A stretch of 64,000 nucleotides of DNA from Octopus vulgaris. Taxonomy: Eukaryota. Position 1 is the first letter of the stretch. Each line of letters begins with the position of its first letter. Shown here piece by piece: positions 1-12,245 of this stretch. The notes under the pieces are model-generated. The model worked only from the letters and a program-made list of their open reading frames with translations, did not search any database and was not told the DNA's origin. A program made the position numbers and the translations under genes. The stretch spans positions 81,344,001 through 81,408,000 of the forward strand of contig OX597817.1 of assembly GCA_951406725.2 (NCBI GenBank), given 5' to 3'.

Positions 1-686
1 GATACCATTATATTTTTTGTACTTCATTTCACTCTCATCTAAGTCCTTTAATTCACTTACTTGACTGCTGTGCTTCTTGTCATCTCTTCTGTATCTTATC
101 ATATCAAATTCTATACCAAAACACTTTGTCAAACCCTTTATTCTGAGAGCTAATCATTAATCTTATCAACTCCACCAATCTGAGAGAGTGTATTATAGCT
201 ACAGACACCCAGGTACCACCATATTTCCTATATATATATATATATTTGTGTGTGTGTATACACATATATATGTGTATATGTATATATATATATATGTGTG
301 TGTGTGTATATATTTATTAAAATGGCGCATGAGATGTCTACCTGCTAGAAATAGGAGGTAGGTGCCTTGTGTGCTCTTTTGACAGTTACAAATTTTAATT
401 CTATAGCTATCTAACACTATTTAATGCCTGCAACCACCGTTATTATTGCTGTTATTATTATCAATTATTTATATTTACCGCAGTTGATAATAACAATAAT
501 AATAATATCTATATAAATATTCACATTTGAATATTTATTCTTTATGTATATATCTATATCTATCTATCTATCTAACTAAGACATTTGAAATTAACCCCAA
601 TGTAATCGGTGAAACTAAACACGTGTCTGTTTTTATATACGGAAAACTGGTGGTTAGTTTTACAAATTACATTACCTGTGGAACGA

Positions 687-762
687 TCACACTGACAAGT
701 CTACGGACAATTGGATTATATAAGTGATTCATTTGTTAATAGACGAAACCGCTGTTCTGTGA
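687..762 (+). ncRNA. Degenerate type I hammerhead-like motif (Penelope-type)
   Basis: tcaca-CTGACAA-gtcta...tagac-GAAA-ccgctgt-TC-tgtga: stems I and II pair; core has G>A relative to CTGANGA. Confidence 0.5.
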
Positions 763-956
763 GTAATTCTGATTTTTTTATATAATTTTCATCTGTCTTG
801 CCCGCATAGTGCTCTGGTGTCCGCTGAATTTTCCTCTAGAGAACATTCTTTTCTTTGTAGTTTGATCGTAGGTGATCTACTTCTAGCATACGGCTGACCA
901 CCTAGTGGTTTTGCACTTTAAATATACACATGTATATGTATATATATATATATATA

Positions 957-1352
957 CTCTTTTACTTGTTTCAGTCATTTGACTGCGGCCATGCTGGAGC
1001 ACCGCCTTTAGTCGAGCAAATCGACCCCGGGACTTATTCTTTGTAAGCCCAGTACTTATTCATCGGTCTCTTTTGCCGAACCGCTAAGTGACGGGGACGT
1101 AAACACACCAGCATCGGTTGTCAAGCAATGCTAGGGGACACACACAAACACACACACACACACATACACACACACACACATATATATATACACACGACAG
1201 GCTTCTTTCAGTTTCCATCTACCAAATCCACTCACAAGGCATTGGTCGGCCCGGGGCTATAGCAGAAGACACTTGCCCAAGATGCCACGCAGTGGGACTG
1301 AACCTGGAACCATGTGGTTGGTTAGCAAACTACTTACCACACAGCCACGCCT
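957..1352 (-). mobile_element. Abundant SINE family A with internal (CA/TA)n
   Basis: Shares head gtggctgtgtggtaagtag...ggttcagtcccactg and tail tgactgaaacaagtaaaagag with many copies in this window. Confidence 0.85.
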
Positions 1353-1363
1353 ATATATATTTA

Positions 1364-2216
1364 CAGGGTGTTTCAAAAACTTTGATATCATTTAAGATGT
1401 AAATATCACAGAAACTAGAGGGTCAAAACAAATGAGACTAAGCAGTCTTAATGTTGAGCAACATAAGAGTTATTCCTCCAAATTTGAATGAGAAATTCAA
1501 AGGTATGTGGATTCCATGAACAATTTCACAAATGTTCAATATGCGCACCGCCTGAGACATGGCATGGCATACATCAAGTCAGCAGTCCAGCTCCTCTCAA
1601 GCACACTACAGCATGTCTTGGGTAACAGTCTCCAGTGTGGTTGTAATTCTCTGCTCAAGTTCCTTTTAGTTTGCAGGAAGAGGGGGGACATAGACCAGGT
1701 CCTTCACATAGCCCCATATTTACTCTTTCACTTGTCATCTGCCATTATGGCTTGAATGAGTTGCAGCTTATATGGTTTCGTGGGAGGATTCTGGGTTTCC
1801 TGACTTGTTCTTCTTATGGACTTCTTGGGGCTTCGCATGAGTTTTTGGTGAACCTGCTCAACCATCTCTTCCAATGTTAGTGGTCGTTCAGATCCTTTTG
1901 CTCTGCACAGACAGCCTTCCTCTTTGAATTTTTTGTGCCATGTCCAAATCTGCATTGACATTGGTAACTTTTTGAGAACTCTCTCATGCATGCTGCACAG
2001 TCTTATTCAACTGTGTTTGAGCATATTCCAACACACAAAACACCTTTTCTCTTCCAGTGAATGCCATTTCTATACCTGAAAAGATAAACATATCAAACAT
2101 TAAACATAAAATTTTGACCTGTTTCTACACATGCTGTTAAAATTTGAAGTCATTTGAAGTAGCACTGTTAATGTTATTAGGTTGCGAAATGATATCAACA
2201 TTTTTGAAGCACCCTG
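1364..2216 (-). mobile_element. Internally deleted Tc1/mariner element with transposase remnant
   Basis: About 30-bp TIRs (cagggtgtttcaaaaactttgatatcattt / aaatgatatcaacatttttgaagcaccctg), TA flanks, remnant WHKKFKEEG...SPKKSIRR...KPYKLQLIQ. Confidence 0.85.
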
Positions 2217-2720
<504 letters not shown>

Positions 2721-2729
2721 TGGTACACA

Positions 2730-2912
2730 TTCTGGTGGCATGTAAAAGCATCCATTACACTTTCAGAGTGGTTAGCATTAGGAAAGGCATCCAGCCGTAG
2801 AAACCATGCCAAAACAGACTGGAGTCTGGTGCAGCCTTCCAGCTTGCCATTCCTAGCCAAACCATCTGACCCATGCCAGCATGGACAACAGATGATAAAT
2901 GATGATGATGAT
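2730..2912 (+). mobile_element. SINE family B fragment with (GAT)n tail
   Basis: gtggttagcattaggaaaggcatccagcc...ccatgccagcatgga...gatgatgat, as at 58245-58683 and 31521-31795. Confidence 0.75.
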
Positions 2913-2929
2913 ATATATATGTGTGTGTG

Positions 2930-2985
<56 letters not shown>

Positions 2986-3181
2986 ACACTTAGTAGTGCT
3001 CAAAATATTCAAACTTGAACGGGTATAAAAGCAAATATGGGGATGAGCAAAGTGGACAGGTCAATATATAAAGTATATTAAATACATGAAATACAAAATA
3101 TTAGGATATATGTATCCTAAGGTTAGGATATATTAGGATATATGTATCCTATTGGAAGGTTTGGAGATGATGTACAGGTAT

Positions 3182-3459
3182 TATATATTAGAAGAAATGA
3201 GGTAATCAGAAGATCGGATGGTTTGTATTTACAGATATTTATTTACATATTACATTTTTTACATATATATGATATCACTTAGTTCATTAGCGCTTTCTCC
3301 CATTCTAGTGGGGTTTTCAAATGAAAACCCCACTAGAATGGGAGAAAGCGCTAATGAACTAAGTGATATCATATATATGTAAAAAATGTAATATGTAAAT
3401 AAATATCTGTAAATACAAACCATCCGATCTTCTGATTACCTCATTTCTTCTAATATATA
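3182..3459. repeat. Perfect palindrome, 138-bp arms, 2-nt spacer
   Basis: 3182-3319 is the reverse complement of 3322-3459; centre ggggttttca-aa-tgaaaacccc. Confidence 0.95.
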
Positions 3460-3460
3460 T

Positions 3461-3862
3461 TCTTTTATTTGTTTCAGTCATTTGACTGCAGCCAAGCTGG
3501 AGCACTGCCTTTAGTCAAACAAATCAACCCCAGGACTTATTCTTTGTAAGCTTAGTACTTATTTTAACAGTCACTTTTGCCAAACCACTAAGTTATGGGG
3601 TCATAAAAACACCAACATTAGTTGTCAAGTAATGGTGGGAGGACAAACACAGACACACAAATATATACATATACACAAATAAATAAATAAATATATATAT
3701 ATATGACAGGCTTCTTTCAGTTTCTGTCTACCAAATCTACTCACAAGGCTTTGGTTGGCCTGAGGCTATAGTAGAAGACACTTGCCCAAGGTGCTATGCA
3801 GTGGGACTGAACCTGGAACCATGTGGTTGGTAAGCAAGCTACTTCCCATACAGCCATGCCTC
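3461..3862 (-). mobile_element. SINE family A
   Basis: Diverged copy of 957-1352. Confidence 0.8.
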
Positions 3863-4048
3863 CAACTATATATATGTAATGAAAACCTAAACTTGTAAAA
3901 GTTTTAAATGAACATAGACCCACTAATGATCTGAAGAAGGGTGAACTGGCACTATCTACAACTAATAGGACACTTAAAAATTTTTAAAAATGGATTATAT
4001 GGAAATATTATTTCATATGGTCTCCCATAATAATAAGACCTCTCATAA

Positions 4049-4446
4049 TCTATATCTATATATATATAAAGCTGAAGTTGTCTGTGTATGGCAGGTTTTG
4101 TAGCCTTCAACTAACATTATCTCCTCTGAGACCCTGCAGCGCAAGTTGACCAAAATCGAGAGTATGATAGAAGAAGGCTTGCTCTTCCTTCCATAGAAGA
4201 AAAAATTCAAATCGGACCATGTTAACACCACAAATTATTTGTATAAAAAAGGTGCTTTTTTTCTATGAAAATCCCTATTTTTTACGATTTTTTGACTGCT
4301 GTGTTGCCATTTTTTGGTGTATTTCAACCAGAAAAATGTTCACTGAAAGAGAATAACAAGCTACATAATGCAAAATTTTTACTTTTCAAAAATTCCAATT
4401 CTAAAGGGTCGAAACAAACCCGAGCAACGCTGGGCAATACTGCTAG
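4049..4446 (+). mobile_element. Non-autonomous Helitron
   Basis: 5' A|TCTATATCTATA, subterminal hairpin cccgagcaacgctggg (4419-4434), 3' CTAG|T, no TSD. Confidence 0.8.
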
Positions 4447-4596
4447 TAATAGTAAAAAGAAAATTATAAACTCTGAAGCAGTTCTCACCCCTTAAATAGA
4501 ATCTTCACCCTATCTTCTAATTCTTACTAAACTCTCTCTCTCTGACTCCGAAAGCAACTGTTGGTGGCAGCAACAATAGTCCCTTATCAAATTTTC

Positions 4597-4635
<39 letters not shown>

Positions 4636-4710
4636 ATATTATTAATAATTAAGAGTATCGAGACTTGCACATCCACAAAATTTATTTTATTGTTATATAC
4701 AGTATTTTAT

Positions 4711-4790
4711 AACCTACACATGTTTCCACTGCAGTGACTGTTGCAAATGCAACCTTGCAATATTGTCAGTGCAACTTCATCCAGGTCTGT
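4711..4790 (-). ncRNA. Degenerate hammerhead-like motif in probable Penelope remnant
   Basis: Minus strand gacc-TGGATGA-agttgcactgac...gtcactgcagtg-GAAA-catgtg-TA-ggtt; 5' core altered. Confidence 0.4.
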
Positions 4791-4846
4791 CCATTTGGTC
4801 ATCTTCAAAGTGAACTGATTGAAGTAAATTTTTGTTAGTGTTTTGC

Positions 4847-4891
<45 letters not shown>

Positions 4892-4968
4892 CGTACGTAT
4901 GTTATCGACAACAGTGTCTATATACATGTGTATGTGGGTATATGTATTTATTTATGTATGTATGTATG

Positions 4969-5009
<41 letters not shown>

Positions 5010-5267
5010 ATGTGTGTGTGTATAGGTATATGTATATATCTATGTTTATACATAGGTGTGTGTATAAATATGCATAGTTTGTATGTATGTATGTGTATGT
5101 AAGTGTGTGTATATATATATATGTGTGTGTGAGTATGTATGTATATATATATATGTTAGTGTATGTGTATTACATCTATGCCAGTGGTTGCTATCCTTTT
5201 CACAGTGGTTCCCGACCCGTTTATTTAAATGAGTTTTCTCACAGACTGCTTTTAATATGCTTATCCT

Positions 5268-5306
<39 letters not shown>

Positions 5307-5580
5307 TAATAATAAAAAGGTAAAATTTATCAATTAAATTAATTAATTAATTAATCAATCAATAATTTTACCAAGTGTATCGGTACATTATAATAACCTT
5401 TATAGGTAAAAAAATTATCCACAAATTTATAATTAGGGTTCAGCTAATTGCTTCACTACATACCGAATTTAGAAATAGGGGTTAAAATTCCTTTTCTGCT
5501 ACTATAAGAATTTCCATGCCGGTAACATACTTTCTTACGAAGTCAAAGAGAAAAACAATGAATCAACATGACTAGGATTA

Positions 5581-5640
5581 ACTATATACGCGTTTCGAGA
5601 TTAAAGTGATTTGAATTTTACTTATTTCTCTCTTCAGTAT
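5581..5640 (-). ncRNA. Minimal type I hammerhead ribozyme, core intact
   Basis: Minus strand ata-CTGAAGA-gaga...tctc-GAAA-CGCG-TA-tat; palindromic stem III ACGCGT typical of Penelope minimal hammerheads. Confidence 0.7.
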
Positions 5641-5948
5641 TGTATTATGTGGATAATTTTACCTATAAAGGTTATTTTAAGGTACTGATCTACTTGGTAA
5701 AATTAATTAATTGAATTAATAAATTTTTACCCTTTTATTATTAATTCAAAATTATTATTTACTCCATGATAGAATACTGCAGTTTTCTGCGGTATTGTTT
5801 GTAGCACACACGTGAGTATTGAGTTTGAATAATGTATTCACATTTGGCTCTGTAAATTTTGGAATTGTTGGTTGGACATCTGTTACATGATGTCGCTCGA
5901 TTGTGTGCATATTCAGCCCTAGCACTTTTAAATTTTATGATTGGAAAT

Positions 5949-6011
5949 ACTATACTGAAGAGAGAAGTAAGTAAAATTTAAATCACTTTAATCTCGAAAT
6001 GTGTATATAGT
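5949..6011 (+). ncRNA. Minimal hammerhead copy with decayed stem III
   Basis: actata-CTGAAGA-gaga...tctc-GAAA-TGTG-TA-tatagt; 6-bp stem I; CGCG changed to TGTG. Confidence 0.65.
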
Positions 6012-7110
6012 TAATCCTGGTCATGTTGATTCATTGCTTTTCTCTTTGACTTCGTAAGAAAGTATGTTACCGTCATGGAAATTCTTATAGTAGCAGAAAA
6101 GGAATTTTAACTCCTATTTCTAAATTTAGTATGTGATATATATATATATATACATACATACTTATATATATATATATATATATATATATCCTTAAATCCT
6201 TAAAAATGTTTTAGCCCGAAGGCCGCGGTCATGTTGGATTTTAAATTTAGTTCACAGACCCCCAGTACTACCTTTGCAGACCCTAGGTTGGGAACCACTG
6301 ATCTATGCCTATATATATATATACATATCATGAATTCCTTATTATCTCCTCTGATTATTTTGGGTATAAAAATGTAAACAACAGCTGCAGTGGTCATTAA
6401 CCTCTTTTCTGTCTGTACAAAGTGACACACAAGGACGCTTACCTATAGACACAAATGCATAAACACACTCATGTACTTAACTGACCAATGCATAGGCCAT
6501 TGCTCGATAATTCCTCTCTTATCTCTGAAACAGTCATAATGACCATACAAACGTTTTGCCCTTTCCCCCACCTAACTTTCACCAAAGTGTTTGTCACTGT
6601 ATGTATGTATCTAAACCACATGCATGTGTAATTGTGTATATGTATACTAAGAATAATAATAATAACAGTTTCAAATTTTGCCCCAAGGGCAGCAATTTGT
6701 GGGGAGGGGATGAGTCGGTTGCATTGATGCCAGTTTTCAACTGGTACTTATTTTTATCGACCATGAAAGGATGAAAAGCAAAGTCGACCTTGGCGGAATT
6801 TGAACTCAGAATGTACCAGCAATAATAACAAGAGCACTCAAAGAATGCAAACCTCTGCCAATGCAACACCAACGTCCTCTCAACGATTAACTGGAGACGA
6901 TTTTTAAAATGAAAATATCTGAAATAAAATCCTTCAATGAATATCATGAGACATTGTGGTTTTCTCTTCTCTTAAATTCCATTCTTCCTTTAGTAATCCT
7001 GTTGTTTTTGATTGATGTATAGAATTATCTATATATGTAAGTACACTGTAAAGTGTTAAAATGTATGTATAAACTCCTAATATATTAATGAGTGTTGTCT
7101 TTTTATTTAT

Positions 7111-7147
<37 letters not shown>

Positions 7148-7429
7148 GAGCTGGAGTGAGAGGTAAAGGTAGAGGAGATAAATGGCAAAGAGAGCATTGT
7201 ATGAATGAGAAAGGAAGGGATGATAGATGAATAATGAAGGAAGGAGTAAAAAAGCAAATAAACAGCATTTGAAGTGTGAGTATATGTGTGTGTAAAAGAG
7301 AGGTATGTTTGCATGCATATGTGTGTATGTGTGTGCATGTACAAGAGAACTATGTGAAATTTTGCATATACATGTAAAGAAAATATGAAAAACAATCCAG
7401 AATTCTTGTTCGGTACCAGATTGGTCCCA

Positions 7430-7578
7430 AAATCTAATCAGTTCATACCAGTCACAAGGCCAAACATCACTGAAAGCATCATCAGAATCCATCCAGTGGT
7501 TCTGGTGATATCTTGTCCATGGACAGACAAACAAGATTGAAAACAATACCTCCACCTTAGCAAAAGTGGAGGAAATAA
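7430..7578 (+). mobile_element. Helentron/DINE-1-like (HINE) 3' fragment
   Basis: ggacagacaaac motif then short terminal hairpin cctccac...gtggagg. Confidence 0.45.
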
Positions 7579-7789
7579 TAGTTGATGAAGGAAATGGAAG
7601 ATAGATTTAGCACTAGCTTCTATTTCCTTCATCAATTATTATTATCTCAACTAAAACTGCAGAATTCCTGATGTAGATCCAGCAGAAATATACCCCAACC
7701 ATGGATGATACTAAGTAGCCCAAACAGTGAACAGGCTTTATTCAACACACAAATTGTCATATATCAATCAGTACAAAAAAAAACTACAT

Positions 7790-8412
7790 ATATATTCATA
7801 TAATACTAAAAGTCTGTGTTTGCTTGTTTGTGTGCTTGTCTGTAATTTCATACAGCCAAACTGGTGCATTGTGAGAAAATACTCTGAAAGTAAGGTACAC
7901 CTGAAATGTGAATACAAACAGAATAAAACAAGTTTCGTGTAAATCAGACCATGGATTCCCAAGATATGCAGTGAATCCTAGAGTTATTGTCTTTTACTGT
8001 GAACACCTGGGTAGTTTTGTTTGCAGACTTGCTTGCATGCATGCTTGCCTGTGATTTAATACAGCCAAGCTGGAGCATAATGGGTAAATACTCTGAAAGT
8101 ATGGTGTCCCTGAAATGGGAATACAAATGGAATAAGACAAGTTTCACATAAATTGGACCATGGGTTCCCAAGATATGTGTTGTTTTTTTTGGGTACCTTT
8201 ATGATTGTTTGCGTGCCGGCTTACCTGTAATTTGATACAGCCAACCAGTGTATAATGAGAAAATATTTTGAAAGTAAGGTAGCATTGAAATGTGAATACA
8301 AACAGAATAGAATAAGGTTTGCATAAATTGAACCACGGGTTCCTGAGATACATGTTTTTTTTTGGCGGGGTACCTTGAAATATTGGTAACCCAATGGGTC
8401 ATGGGTAGTATA

Positions 8413-8415
<3 letters not shown>
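7790..8415 (+). repeat. Three diverged tandem units of about 200 bp, possibly inside an old Helitron
   Basis: Unit ctgtaattt.atacagccaa...gaaagta.ggt...tgaaatgtgaatacaaacagaata...gaccatgggttcc recurs near 7840, 8050 and 8226; ends with a hairpin-like acccaatgggtcatgggt. Confidence 0.7.
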
Positions 8416-8460
<45 letters not shown>

Positions 8461-8750
8461 ATATATGTACATATATATGTATGTATGTATATATATGTAC
8501 ATATATATGTATGTATGTATATATATGTACATATATATGTATGTATGTATATATATGTACATATATATGTATGTATGTATATATATGTACATATATATGT
8601 ATGTATGTATATATATGTACATATATATGTATGTATGTATATATATGTACATATATATGTATGTATGTATATATATGTACATATATATGTATGTATGTAT
8701 ATATATGTACATATATATGTATGTATGTATATATATATGTATGTATATAT
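8414..8750. repeat. 30-bp minisatellite (9 perfect units, 8461-8730) in TA-rich tract
   Basis: atatatgtacatatatatgtatgtatgtat repeated exactly. Confidence 0.97.
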
Positions 8751-8751
8751 A

Positions 8752-9535
8752 CAGGGCATGATGGGTAAATTGTTGCCATTTTATATTTTTAATTTTGCAC
8801 ATGCACATTGTTTTTGATTTTGTCCACTGCACAGTATAGTAGGATCAGTAAGGCACCATCTATGAGAAAAATAGCACCATGATGCAATTTGCTCTGCCAG
8901 AAATTTTGAAATGACATGCTGTACTGCTTGGCATTCGCACCAGAAGCACCAATACAAACATTTCAGAGTGTTTGAGTGTCAATCTGAAGACATGTACTAA
9001 GAGTGATAAAACTCAAACATCCAGTCAATATCATAGTGTTTGAAATGATCACTAGTGATGGTGATGTTATGCCTCCATTCATCTTCCCACATGGCCTCAG
9101 ACTCAACACAGAGGCCTACATCAAGTGCCTGGAGAAGATAGCGCTACCCTGGGTGTCTGCTAGAAGACCCTATGTCTGGCAACAGAACTTTGCATGATGG
9201 TACACAAGCTGGAAAACCCAGTCTTGGCTGTCAGACAATTTCTGTGACCACATCACCCCTAACATCTGGCCACCTAACTCTCTAGACTGCAACTCCCTTT
9301 ATTATGTGTGGGCACAGTTGAGTGAGAGGCCAACAAAACTCTTTGTAACTCCAAAGATAAACTGAAGGTAAGGATTATGGTAGCATTCACCTACTTAAAC
9401 AAGGAGACCATCCAGAAGAGTTGCAGGAGATTTCAAAGTTATCTCGAGACCGTGGTTGAAGTCATTGGCAATTTTATTGAATAAATTTACTCTTTAGTAT
9501 TTCAAGATATTTTTATGTAATTTTGGTAAATATAT
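8752..9535 (+). mobile_element. Decayed Tc1/mariner (maT/DD37D-like) transposase remnant
   Basis: Begins TA|cagggcatgatgggtaaatt; remnant KHPVNIIVF..ITSDGDVMPPFIF...YVWQQ...WPPNSLDCN; its 5' part recurs at about 11213-11390. Confidence 0.75.
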
Positions 9536-9538
9536 CAT

Positions 9539-9842
9539 AGGTGCAGGAGTGGCTGTGTGATAAGAAGCTTACTTCCCAACCACATAGTTCCAGGTTCAGT
9601 CCCACTGCATGGCAACTACCTTCTGCTAAAGCTTTGGGTCGACCAAAGCCTTGTGAGTGGATTTGGTAGACAGAGACTGAAAGAAGTCCATCGTGTGTGT
9701 ATTTGTGTGTCTGTATTTGTCCTCCCATCATCGCTTGACAACTAATGCTGGTGTGTTTATGTCCTTATAATTTAGTGGTTCTGCAAAAAAGACTGATAGA
9801 ATAAGTACTAGGCTTACAATGAATAAGTCCTGGGGTCGATTT
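9539..9842 (+). mobile_element. SINE family A, 3' end cut off by LINE
   Basis: Matches family A up to cctggggtcgattt, then the RTE tail begins. Confidence 0.8.
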
Positions 9843-11086
9843 CATCATCATCATCATCATCATTTAACGTCCGCTTTCCATGCTAGTATGGGTTGGACGA
9901 TTTGACTGAGGTCTAGCGAAGCAGATGGGGTCTCACTTGGGCTTTCCGAGTCTTCACAAGCACAGCATATTTCCAAAGGTCCCGGTCACTAGTCATTGCC
10001 TTGGTGAGGCCAAATGTTCGAAGGTCATGCTTCACCACCTCATTCCAAGTCTTCCTGGGTCTACCTCTTCCACAGGTTCTCTTAACTGCTAGGGTGTGGC
10101 ACTTTTTCACACAGCTATCCACATCTATTCTCACCACATGGCCATATAAGTGCATTCATCTCTCTTGCACACCACATCTGATGCTTCTTAGGTCCAACTT
10201 TTCTCTCAAGGTACTAACACTCTAGGTAATGGAAGCTATCAACTACTTCTAGTTTTTCTCCTTGGAATGTGGTGGAAGTTGTTCTCTGCACATTTTCAGT
10301 GTTTATTGCTCCTGAGCATCTGCCACATACAAAAACTATCTTCCCAGTTAGCCTTCCTTTGATATTGCTGCACCTCTTATGGGTCCATAGCTTACACTGG
10401 GTACATCTTATAGAGTTTCTACATATGCCTTTTCTACAGATTGAGCAGGGCCATCAACCTGAAGGGATTTGTGGTTTGCCTGCCTTCCTACTTATTAGGA
10501 CTTTGGTTTTAGCTAGGCCCTTCGATTCTAATCCTTGCTTCCACACCTGAAACTTCTCGTCTAGTTCTGATAGTGACCCAGCAATTAGAGCAAGATCATA
10601 GAGCATAGAGGAGCTCCCAAGGGCATCCTGTCTTGAATTCCTCTGTTATTGTCTGGAGGACAATAGGAGGGGGCTGAGAACTGAACCTTGGTGGACCCCT
10701 ACCTCCACCCGGAATTCTTCACTGTACTCGTTGCCAACCCTCACCTTACTAGCAGCGTCCCTGTACATGGCTTGCACAGCTCTCACTAACCATTCATCTA
10801 TCCCTGGTTTCCTCATTGACCACCAGATAAGGGATTGGGGGATCCTGTCAAAGGCTTTCTCCATGTCAACGAAAGCCAGGTACAGAGGTTTATCTTTGGC
10901 TAGGTATTTCTCCTGCAGCTGTCTTACCAGAAATATAGCATCAGTGGTGCTTTTCCCTGGCATGAACCCAAACTGACTCTCTCCCTAATTAGTTGGGCTA
11001 TGACCCTCTCCGTGACCTTCATTACCTGATCCAACAACTTGATACCTCTGTAATTATTTGTATCTAAAGCATCACCTTTTCCTTTG
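9843..11086 (-). mobile_element. 5'-truncated RTE-clade LINE (RT pseudogene)
   Basis: ORF 10646-10963 GKSTTDAIFLVRQLQEK..LAFVDMEKAFDR..GVHQGSVLSPLL; C-terminal GHVVR...GRGRPRKTW; (GAT)n tail; stops and deletions. Confidence 0.92.
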
Positions 11087-11756
11087 TAAAAAAAAATAAA
11101 AGAATAAAAGAAAATATCTGTTAAAATGAAATGTCAGTGTTATCTTCATTTTTAAATAATTTAGATGAGAGTTTATTCACCGCGCCCTCTACACATATTC
11201 TCTATCCCTGCTCTGTGCATGTGCACATGCACATTGTTTTTGATTTTGTCAGCTGCACAGTATAGTAGGGCCAGTAAGGTACCTTTTTTTTGAAAAAAAC
11301 AGCACCATGATGCAATTCGCTCTGCCAGAAATTTGGTAATGACATGCTGTACTGCATGGCATTCACACCAGAAGCACCAATACAAACATTATTCACCTCA
11401 GTGATGTCATTAAGTTTAGGCCATTGTGATGTTCTTATTCTCAATTTTATCCTCGTTCTCAATTTTTTCCAAGGGGCATGTTCCTTTGTTGAACATTAAG
11501 ATGGTTTATTTATCAGCCATTTTTAAATAATTACGGAAAATTGTAAAATATTTGATTTTGCCGTTCAAAAATTATTGATGTGCAACCCCTGCAACAATAA
11601 AAATGAAATAGTAACAATAAAAATGAAAACATGGGGCCTTAGAAGGCCAAAAAGATTACAAATACTTTTTCAGCTTATGGAGCACCAAATTTCCATGACT
11701 TCACAATATGGCAGCCATAATGATGATAATGATAATAATAATAATAATAATAATTC

Positions 11757-12245
11757 TAGTTTATTGGCCACAAAGGCTAACATAAATCAAAAAACATGTA
11801 AGGACAAACACAGGACGAAAAGTACAAAGGGTTTTGTGAAAAAGAAAGGTCCGTGTAAACATTCAAATAACAATGAAAAATATAACAAATAAAACTCCCA
11901 ATAGGGGGAGGTGCTTCAAAAGGTTACTCATAGAAAAACCCATAAAAGGGTGGAGAGCCCCTTCTCCTTTTATATTACCTTTGTTTTTACAGGTGTAATC
12001 TCCGAATTGGTCCGTTCATACTGGCCATTTTTCCGACATTCACCCACCTTTTAATAAATTTGCTACGAGACAGCACTTCCCTCTCTACTCTCATCTTCCT
12101 TTTCAAGTGGAACTTGAAAAAGTTGATGAGGCCTTGGCCAAAGAGGAAAGTGTCTGACTTTAGCCCTTTCAAATGGGTCCACCATACCACTCTTTCGCTA
12201 CAGCCACTAGACAAAAGAAAATTGCCTTGCCTTCCCGGAATGCCT
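11757..12245 (-). mobile_element. 3' end of Tx1/L1-like LINE
   Basis: Shares aagaggaaagtgtctgactttagc..tttcaaa...acagccac.agacaaa with 42650-42740; abuts (AAT)n. Confidence 0.75.

Larger units (their letters stand above)
5303..6136. mobile_element. Penelope-like pseudo-LTR remnant with interleaved inverted duplications
   Basis: About 5303-5423 is inverted at 5648-5746 and 5455-5640 at 5952-6136; carries hammerhead motifs; flanked by (TA)n. Confidence 0.7.
5182..6300. mobile_element. hAT-type non-autonomous element with nested Penelope-like insert
   Basis: Ends cagtggtt / aaccactg; exact 8-bp TSD ATCTATGC at 5174-5181 and 6301-6308. Confidence 0.8.

Noticed and set aside
3928-3975. CTGAAGA hammerhead-like start
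   Set aside because: No matching stem II or GAAA downstream
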